From positions 1 to 53,163 of the IMG/VR virus record IMGVR_UViG_3300048574_000415: a DNA stretch of 53,163 nucleotides; one strand, written 5' to 3'. The translations under genes and the position numbers were made by a program. The stretch is from a virus (taxonomy: Duplodnaviria > Caudoviricetes). Shown one piece after another: positions 46,743 through 53,163 of the stretch (the stretch's first letter is position 1; every line of letters starts with the position of its first letter). Under the pieces are notes generated by a model. It made no database searches. It saw only the letters and a list, made by a program, of their open reading frames with translations, and was not told the origin of the DNA.

Positions 46743-47654
46743 ATGGATTTGTTAAAATATCCTCTTAAGTATAATGATTACTTAAACGGAATCGGAATAC
46801 ATAATCTCGAAAAACTGTCCGTTTCGCACCGGGCAAACGACGAAAATGTACTAAGCTTTGAAATAACCAACGACGAACCAGCGCTGAAATATATAGAAAA
46901 TGAGCTGTCAATAGATAGCTCATTTTATTTGTACATGCCTAAGTATAACCTTTCTGCATCTAGCTCGGGATGGCAGCAATACAAGCTAAACAGCAGAAAC
47001 CAGACTATAGGCCACGGCAACACGACGCCGTTCCAATGTGTGCATAAAAGCTACGATCTGAACAACTACAAGGCCGCGACTTTTGTCAAGAACTATACCG
47101 GTGCAACGTTCAACTTCATAATCGATGAAATCTTAAGCACGACAGGCGCAAATGCCGTATTTTCAAGGCCGATCGATCACAGCTCGCAAACATGGACAGG
47201 AAGCTTTGCTTATAACTCAGAGGTTACAGCTCGACGCCTGCTTGTTGACTTCGTGAACGCTCTGAATTCTGATACGACGTTGGTATTTTACTATTTGGTT
47301 TTTGACAATACGTATATCGATATTGCGAGCGTAACCATGGCCTCGGCTTATCCTTCATATCAAATGTTTTTCGGAGTAAATCTCGAAAAGATCACCGATC
47401 AGGCAAAAGTAGAAAACGGCGTGCTTAATCATTATTACGGATTTGACGGCGTTATTGACGATGAAAACCTTGCGCCGGGCAGTATTGTCAGAGCATATAA
47501 AGACAAAAGAAATTACATCCAGTATGCAATAACACATATAGAAATTGACTTTTTAAACCCTGAAAATAATAAAATCGAAATACTAAGCGCCGCTGAAAGA
47601 CTATCAGACTCAATAGGCAGTATCAAGCGCGATGTGCTTCTACTCAAAACATAA
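46743..47654 (+). CDS. Tail hub (Tal)-like protein
   Basis: Position after Dit; LSFEI...YIENE; GVNLEKI; GAGGTG RBS. Confidence 0.65.
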   Translation: MDLLKYPLKYNDYLNGIGIHNLEKLSVSHRANDENVLSFEITNDEPALKYIENELSIDSSFYLYMPKYNLSASSSGWQQYKLNSRNQTIGHGNTTPFQCVHKSYDLNNYKAATFVKNYTGATFNFIIDEILSTTGANAVFSRPIDHSSQTWTGSFAYNSEVTARRLLVDFVNALNSDTTLVFYYLVFDNTYIDIASVTMASAYPSYQMFFGVNLEKITDQAKVENGVLNHYYGFDGVIDDENLAPGSIVRAYKDKRNYIQYAITHIEIDFLNPENNKIEILSAAERLSDSIGSIKRDVLLLKT

Positions 47655-47696
47655 TGCCTAAAGGCTTATTTATTACAAATATTTTGGAGGTTAATT

Positions 47697-48410
47697 ATGA
47701 GACAAGCAATAAACACGACTGCGCCGATTGATACGATAGTGGGCGCTATGCAAAAGGTTAATGCAAACTTTGCAGAACTTTATGATTTAGCATGGATTAC
47801 GCTTCCGGAGTGCACTTATGTATCTGCAACATCCTTTACTGTATCCGGAAATTATAACGGGATTATTTCAAAAGGAACAAAGATTTATTTAAACCAATCT
47901 GGCTCAAAATATTTTTACGCAAGCGCAACCTCATATAATGCGGGAACGGATTTAACTACAGTAACAATCTATGAAAACGCAGATTATACGCTCACAAGTG
48001 CCGCAATTACGGTGCCAAGATTTTCAAACGCTGCAAACCCTTCCGGCTGGCCTGGGATGCTCAATTGGACTCCGACAATAGGCGGCTTTTCGTCAAATCC
48101 GGCCAGCGGCGTATATCAATATTTGTTCACTGGAAACATGTGTAAATGCTTCATACGCCAGCCAAATAATGGTACAAGCAATGCAAATACGCTGACTATA
48201 ACCGGACCCGCCACAGCCATAACGCTTACAAGCGGGCTTTGGAACAATTTCTGCCAAGCCATTGATAACGGAACAAGCCTATATGGAAATTGCAATATAT
48301 CTTCTGCATCAAATATTATAAATTTTTATAAAGCAGCAGCAAGTGGCGCATGGACAACCTCAGGAAACAAAAGCGTTTCCTTTGCAACGTTAGAATATCC
48401 GGCAGCTTAA
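47697..48410 (+). CDS. Putative receptor-binding / tail fibre protein
   Basis: KVNANFAELY N-terminus, TYVSATSFTVSG, WTPT; S/T/G/N-rich. Confidence 0.7.
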   Translation: MRQAINTTAPIDTIVGAMQKVNANFAELYDLAWITLPECTYVSATSFTVSGNYNGIISKGTKIYLNQSGSKYFYASATSYNAGTDLTTVTIYENADYTLTSAAITVPRFSNAANPSGWPGMLNWTPTIGGFSSNPASGVYQYLFTGNMCKCFIRQPNNGTSNANTLTITGPATAITLTSGLWNNFCQAIDNGTSLYGNCNISSASNIINFYKAAASGAWTTSGNKSVSFATLEYPAA

Positions 48411-48428
48411 CCAGGAGGTATACGTAAT

Positions 48429-48707
48429 ATGGATATTGGTGAAATGGCATCGTATCTGCTGACGGGGCTTGTTGTACTCGAACGCATAATCAATCGAAAA
48501 CCGAACAAAGCCATTACGGAAGTTCAGCAGGATATACAAAAAATAAAAGTTACACTCGACATGCGAAAAGAGGAAAACAGCATCATGCTGGATGCATCAG
48601 AAGCGGCCATAGACGCCGCTATTTCTTTGGGACAAAACGGCCCATGTAAAGATGCAAAAATTCGCATTACAAAATACCGTAAAGAATGCCTTGAGCACCG
48701 CTTATAG
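48429..48707 (+). CDS. Small membrane protein of the lysis cassette
   Basis: N-terminal TM and coiled coil, NG..  motif. Confidence 0.65.
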   Translation: MDIGEMASYLLTGLVVLERIINRKPNKAITEVQQDIQKIKVTLDMRKEENSIMLDASEAAIDAAISLGQNGPCKDAKIRITKYRKECLEHRL

Positions 48708-48745
48708 GCATTTTTAATAAAAATAAAATTGGAGGTTTTATATCT

Positions 48746-49225
48746 ATGAAAAAAGAAACAAAAGTATTGGCGCTGCTGATGGCGGTGCTTTGCATGATCG
48801 TGGTGTTTATGCCGGTGATCGCCTTTGCGGCAGATGAAAGCGTAGACGTGGTGACGTTGATCATGCAAAAAGGGTTGATGGTATTTTTGGCGGTATATGT
48901 GATCTGTGCGATCATAAAAACTATTCCGAAAATACCGGATTGGATTATACCGGTGGTGGCGTTGATTGTCGGCGCTGTGCTGGGTGCTTTCCTCGTTGGT
49001 TATGATGTAAAAAGTATAATTATTGGTGGAGTATCAGGCTGGGCGGCAGTGGGGCTGAACCAGACATTGAAACAGACCATACTGAAGCGCATCGGATTGG
49101 ATAAAGAGAGCGAGGATGCAGAAGAAACCAGTACAGATGACGTTGAAAGCGAGGATGACACAGAAACGGATGAAACCGCCGCTGTGGATGAAACCGAAAC
49201 GGCAGCGGCCAAAGAAGGTGAATAA
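48746..49225 (+). CDS. Holin (with signal-peptide-like N-terminus and acidic tail)
   Basis: IKTIPKIPDWIIP...AVGLNQTLKQ; precedes the endolysin. Confidence 0.8.
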   Translation: MKKETKVLALLMAVLCMIVVFMPVIAFAADESVDVVTLIMQKGLMVFLAVYVICAIIKTIPKIPDWIIPVVALIVGAVLGAFLVGYDVKSIIIGGVSGWAAVGLNQTLKQTILKRIGLDKESEDAEETSTDDVESEDDTETDETAAVDETETAAAKEGE

Positions 49226-49227
49226 GT

Positions 49228-50142
49228 ATGCTAATTAAATACGGCAGCCATGGCGAGGATGTTCTTAAATATAAGAAGATCCTTTTTTATTTGGGGTATT
49301 TAAAATCATTTACGCACAATCGCTTCCTGGACGATTCCAAGGACGCGACAATTGCTTTCCAGAAAACGCATGTCAACAAAAAAGGCAAGGCATTGCAGGT
49401 TGACGGAAAGATAGGAAGCGAAACATCATGGGCGCTCGATAAGGCGTATGCTGAATATCTGGCAAAACAGCCAGCGACACCAGCGCAGGTGATCGTGCAG
49501 TATCTTGACACGGCGAAATATCCGGATATCGACAAAACGATACTTGCGCTTGTCAATGCCGATTTGCAGGATGAAAGCAAAAAGCGAATTGCCGCCGTGC
49601 AGGAAGCGTTGAAGCATGTATGGCCTACGACAATATATGTTTTCGGGGCAAACCTGTTCAACACCAATCTCAAGGTAAACGTGCCGACAGTCGCTTATGT
49701 GGAGGCCCGCGCGAAGGCACGCCCGGCGTATTTTAGCGGCGGGAAAAAAGCATTCTTGATAAAATGCATTACCAATGCAATCAATAAGGGCAAAAAGATA
49801 GAATGCGGCGATTGCTCCGGATCTGTGATAGGCGTATGGCGGTTCCTGAAATATGTAGCTGCATCATTTGATACTACGGCCAGCGGGTTATATCATTCAT
49901 ACTGCAAGGCTATTAAAAAAGCAGCGCTGCGCCCGGGCGATCTGGTGTTTGAATACATCAAAGGCGGCATCCCGCACGTGGGCATGTACATCGGCGCGGG
50001 GTATACATGGGAAGCCGCAGGCGCTTTCTATGGCGCGCAGGTGGCAAAGCTGAATGATCATATTATCATCAATCACGACACCGGCAAGAAAAAGGCTAAA
50101 TCACCGTGGCGCAAATTCGGAAGCCCAAAAATATTTAACTAA
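49228..50142 (+). CDS. Endolysin: PG-binding domain + NlpC/P60 peptidase
   Basis: FQK...LQVDGKIG; YVFGA, DCSG, LRPGDLVF, HVGMYIG. Confidence 0.9.
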   Translation: MLIKYGSHGEDVLKYKKILFYLGYLKSFTHNRFLDDSKDATIAFQKTHVNKKGKALQVDGKIGSETSWALDKAYAEYLAKQPATPAQVIVQYLDTAKYPDIDKTILALVNADLQDESKKRIAAVQEALKHVWPTTIYVFGANLFNTNLKVNVPTVAYVEARAKARPAYFSGGKKAFLIKCITNAINKGKKIECGDCSGSVIGVWRFLKYVAASFDTTASGLYHSYCKAIKKAALRPGDLVFEYIKGGIPHVGMYIGAGYTWEAAGAFYGAQVAKLNDHIIINHDTGKKKAKSPWRKFGSPKIFN

Positions 50143-50177
50143 TTCCGTACACCGGTGGCAGCTGCCCGTGTTATGCT

Positions 50178-50209
50178 AAAAGACGCTCCTTTATGGGGCG
50201 TCTTTTTTT
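50178..50209 (+). terminator. Terminator after the lysis cassette
   Basis: AAAAGACGCTCC...GGGGCGTCTTTTTTT. Confidence 0.8.
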
Positions 50210-50233
50210 ATTAAAAATTATCGATTATCGAAA

Positions 50234-50261
50234 CTACTTATGAGATACTTGTTTGATACTT
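50234..50261 (+). other. Putative integrase arm-type sites (GATACTT x2 plus a degenerate copy)
   Basis: Same motif and 11-bp period as 13431-13448. Confidence 0.65.
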
Positions 50262-50323
50262 ATGGTTAAAATTTCGCATGTTTTCTTATTATTTTTAGAC
50301 ATATATTTATATGGGTACAAATT

Positions 50324-50348
50324 AAAAACCGCCTATTTCAGGCGGTTT
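50324..50348 (-). terminator. Phage-supplied terminator downstream of the tRNA 3' end
   Basis: Minus strand AAACCGCCT-GAAAT-AGGCGGTTTTT directly after ACCA. Confidence 0.75.
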
Positions 50349-50349
50349 A

Positions 50350-50398
50350 TTGGTCTGGGTGAGAAGATTTGAACTTCCGGCCTCTTGAACCCCATTCA
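50350..50398 (-). repeat. att core copy 2: 3' half of tRNA-Pro(GGG)
   Basis: Identical 49 bp to 13343-13391; the flank is not a tRNA 5' half. Confidence 0.95.
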
Positions 50399-50715
50399 GA
50401 CGAGGGCCATGCCGCTCTATCCCCAAATAGTTTGTTGTAAACCTATTTGAATTACTCTGAAACCCGCATGAAATGGGACTTTTCGAGGCTTTTTCAGCTA
50501 AAAAGCCGATGGATAAAGGCATCGCAATATGCTCCGAAAAAAGCGTCCGTCTTAGTACATATTATCATTTCTCTTAGTACATATGTATATATTTATTGCT
50601 TAACCACATCAAACCCATCACAATCTTTGCTTCAATAACAATGTAAAATAAATGAGCCGCTTGCTTTTTATCCAAAAAAGCAAGCGTCTTTTTATATATG
50701 AAAGGAGGAAACAGA

Positions 50716-51543
50716 ATGTCAAAAGTAATCGCCCTCGCCAACCAAAAAGGCGGTGTTGGCAAGACGACAACGGCGGTCAATTTGGGTATCGGACTTGCGG
50801 GACAGGGCAGAAACGTATTGTTGGTTGACGCGGACGCGCAAGGGAATCTGACGGATTCTTTAGGATATAAGGAGCCGGACAATCTCCCTATCTCATTGGC
50901 AACGATCTTGACCAAGATCATGATGGAGGAACCCTATGAGCCAGATGAAGGTATCCTACACCATGCGGAGGGCGTTGATCTCATGCCGGGTAATATTGAG
51001 CTGTCCGCAATCGAAGTGACCCTCGTAAATACCATGAGCCGTGAAACGATTCTGCGCAACTACATCAATTCGGTCAGAGACAAGTACGAATATATTTTGA
51101 TCGATTGTATGCCGAGTTTGGGTATGATGACTATCAATGCCCTTGCCGCCGCCGATAGCGTAATCATTCCCGTCCAGTCCCACTACCTGCCCGCAAAAGG
51201 AATGACGCAGCTTCTACAAACCATCGCTCGCGTTAGGCGTAATATTAATCCAAAGCTGACTATTGACGGTGTTTTAATCACAATGGTTGACAATCGCACG
51301 AATTTTGCAAAAGATATTTCCTTTGTATTGCGCCGCGATTATGGTGAAAAGCTGCGCGTTTTCAACACCGAAATACCACTCTCCATACGTGCAGCAGAAA
51401 CGAGCGCCCAAGGTAAAAGCATTTTTGCGCACGATCCGAACGGGATCGTTGCAAAAGCCTATCAAGCAATGACAAAGGAGGTGCAGGACATTGGCGGCGA
51501 AAAGCAGCGCACGCGACAGCATCAAGCTGACATCGGTAGATGA
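50716..51543 (+). CDS. parA: ParA/Soj ATPase
   Basis: NQKGGVGKTT, DADAQGN, IDCMPSLG. Confidence 0.95.
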   Translation: MSKVIALANQKGGVGKTTTAVNLGIGLAGQGRNVLLVDADAQGNLTDSLGYKEPDNLPISLATILTKIMMEEPYEPDEGILHHAEGVDLMPGNIELSAIEVTLVNTMSRETILRNYINSVRDKYEYILIDCMPSLGMMTINALAAADSVIIPVQSHYLPAKGMTQLLQTIARVRRNINPKLTIDGVLITMVDNRTNFAKDISFVLRRDYGEKLRVFNTEIPLSIRAAETSAQGKSIFAHDPNGIVAKAYQAMTKEVQDIGGEKQRTRQHQADIGR

Positions 51544-52426
51544 TCTATTTTCAACGCAGGAAAGCCGCGCCGAGGAGCAGCGCGAAAAGGTGATGGATAT
51601 TCCTATATCGGAAATCAGCGATTTTCCCAATCATCCCTTTAAAGTAAAAGCAGATGAAGCCATGATGGAAATGGCTGAAAGTATAAAGCAATATGGAGTA
51701 ATAATCCCCTGCGTTGTTCGCCCGAAAGCTGACGGCGGATATGAAATGATTGCTGGACACCGGAGAAAAAAGGCAAGCGAGCTTGTAGGGAAAGAAACAG
51801 TCCCCTGCATTATCCGCGATATTGATAGGGATGAAGCCATCATAAGTATGGTGGACAGCAATCTGCAACGCGAAAACATATCTCCGAGCGAAAAAGCCTT
51901 TGCCTATAAAATGAAGCTGGAGGCTATAAAAAGGAAAGCCGGTAGACCAAGTATTAATTCGCCGCAAGTTGCGGCGAATTTTAGAAGCGATGATGCCGTT
52001 GCGAAAGAAGCAAACATCAGCGGAGATACCTTGCGCCGATATATCCGCTTGACTGATCTGAATCCTTCTATTCTCGGAATGGTTGATGAAAAAAAGATCG
52101 CGTTCAATCCAGCCGTGGAAATCTCATACTTGGCCGAAAATGAACAACAAAGCCTTTACGAAACGATGGAGGCAGAGGAATGTACCCCGTCTTTGGCGCA
52201 GGCGCAGAGGATTAAAAAGTTGAGTCAGGAGGGCAGGCTTAACGCGGATGTTATTTATTCCATCCTTACCGAAGAAAAGCCCAACCAGAAAGAAAAATTC
52301 CATATTCAGCGTGAACGCATAGAGCACTTCTTCCCCAAAGGCTATTCCGAAAAGCAAAAGGAAGATTTGATCATCCAGTTGCTTGAAGGCTGGTTTAAGA
52401 AGCGCCAGAAGGAACAGGAGCGATAG
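51491..52426 (+). CDS. parB: ParB/RepB/Spo0J partition protein
   Basis: NHPFKV, IAGHRR, DSNLQRE...SEKAFAYKMK. Confidence 0.95.
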   Translation: MAAKSSARDSIKLTSVDDLFSTQESRAEEQREKVMDIPISEISDFPNHPFKVKADEAMMEMAESIKQYGVIIPCVVRPKADGGYEMIAGHRRKKASELVGKETVPCIIRDIDRDEAIISMVDSNLQRENISPSEKAFAYKMKLEAIKRKAGRPSINSPQVAANFRSDDAVAKEANISGDTLRRYIRLTDLNPSILGMVDEKKIAFNPAVEISYLAENEQQSLYETMEAEECTPSLAQAQRIKKLSQEGRLNADVIYSILTEEKPNQKEKFHIQRERIEHFFPKGYSEKQKEDLIIQLLEGWFKKRQKEQER

Positions 52427-52514
52427 TGTATGGATATATTAAAAGACTACGGCTTCCGCTCTCAGATAACGAGGGCTTTTTTTATACCCATTTTAGGAAG
52501 CGGGTGATTGTCAG

Positions 52515-52730
52515 GTGAATTTCACAGAAGGAAAAATGATTGAATACGAGCGGATGATGCGAGAGATACCGGGCTTTGATCACAAACCTATTAAGGCATT
52601 GAAAGATCAATGTTGCAGGCAAAGCCATTATCCCGAAGGTCATATGCACAGCCCTAATCTCTCTACGGGCATGATCCATGATGAGGCTACAAATGCCACC
52701 AGCAACCCATACAACGGAAAAACATTATGA
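52515..52730 (+). CDS. Hypothetical protein
   Basis: GGGTGA RBS; MNFT....YERMMREIPG pattern. Confidence 0.5.
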   Translation: MNFTEGKMIEYERMMREIPGFDHKPIKALKDQCCRQSHYPEGHMHSPNLSTGMIHDEATNATSNPYNGKTL

Positions 52731-52746
52731 AGGAGCGTAGAAATTT

Positions 52747-53163
52747 ATGAAAGTATTACTTGTCGAGCCGGGAAAAACCGCTTGTGAGGCGGATATAGGC
52801 AATCGTCTGGAAGATATGCAACAGGTTGTCGGCGGGTACATTGAAGCCTGTTACCCGTATGATGACCCGGTTGCCATTGTATGCAACGAGGAAGGTAAAC
52901 TCGACGGTCTTTCCATGAACCGGGCAATTTATGACGACCGGGGAAAAATGACCGACATCATGTGCGGAACCTTTTTTGTTTGCGGATTAAGCGAAGATGA
53001 CTTCAAAGACCTGCCGCCCGAACTGATGGAAAAATACCGCAGGCAGTTTGAACATCCGGAGAAATTCGTCGAAATCCAAGGGGAAATCATCGCGGTCAGA
53101 ATGCAGGAGCAGAACGCAAGGACACCTCCTGAAAAACACAGGGATAATGGGCGCGACCTTTAA
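52747..53163 (+). CDS. DUF3846/DUF4314-like ICE protein
   Basis: MKVLLVEPGK...MQQVVGGYIE...CNEEGKL.GL..NRA...GTFFVCG. Confidence 0.85.
   Translation: MKVLLVEPGKTACEADIGNRLEDMQQVVGGYIEACYPYDDPVAIVCNEEGKLDGLSMNRAIYDDRGKMTDIMCGTFFVCGLSEDDFKDLPPELMEKYRRQFEHPEKFVEIQGEIIAVRMQEQNARTPPEKHRDNGRDL

Larger units (their letters stand above)
13343..50398 (+). mobile_element. Temperate siphovirus-type prophage, apparently complete (~37.0 kb)
   Basis: 49-bp direct repeats; modules in canonical order: integrase, immunity, replication, packaging, head, tail, lysis. Confidence 0.95.
50399..53163 (+). mobile_element. End of a third, ICE-like element (continues off-window)
   Basis: parA-parB-DUF3846 block typical of clostridial ICE ends, placed right after a tRNA fragment. 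Confidence 0.65.

Noticed and set aside
50322-50638. Short ORFs across the right att
   Set aside because: They translate tRNA/att and AT-rich intergenic sequence.
1-53163. CRISPR array, retron or DGR
   Set aside because: No regularly spaced repeat-spacer array, cas gene or RT motif was seen.

Overview
The window is made entirely of mobile DNA of clostridial type (Bacillota; inferred from the protein families). It reads as three elements stacked at one tRNA-Pro(GGG) locus on the minus strand. (1) 4-13349: a ~13.3-kb Tn4451-like mobilizable element with a large serine recombinase, XRE regulator, sigma-like protein, ParM/ParR, oriT plus MobV relaxase, a transmembrane LuxR with secreted/zinc-ribbon cargo, and a broken tnpV. 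It appears inserted at the AGACCA 3' end of the tRNA. (2) 13343-50398: an apparently complete ~37-kb siphovirus-type prophage bounded by a 49-bp direct repeat of the tRNA-Pro 3' half. It carries a tyrosine integrase, repressor/cro, its own tRNA-Pro(UGG), SNF2-like helicase plus methylase, HUH Rep, ParA/ParB, HK97-type head, non-contractile tail and lysis genes. (3) 50399-end: the parA-parB-DUF3846 end of an ICE-like element. Neither tRNA repeat is an intact gene, so the intact tRNA should lie beyond the right edge. Most notable observations: excision of element 1 would fuse its recombinase in frame to a 32-aa tail stored at the opposite end; GGCGCGG is strongly strand-polar and enriched in the prophage; a ~460-nt hairpin-rich non-coding tract follows the phage tRNA; and a LexA-like box precedes a small ORF antisense to the repressor. 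All family calls come from motif recognition by eye, and counts are manual. No database searches were run.
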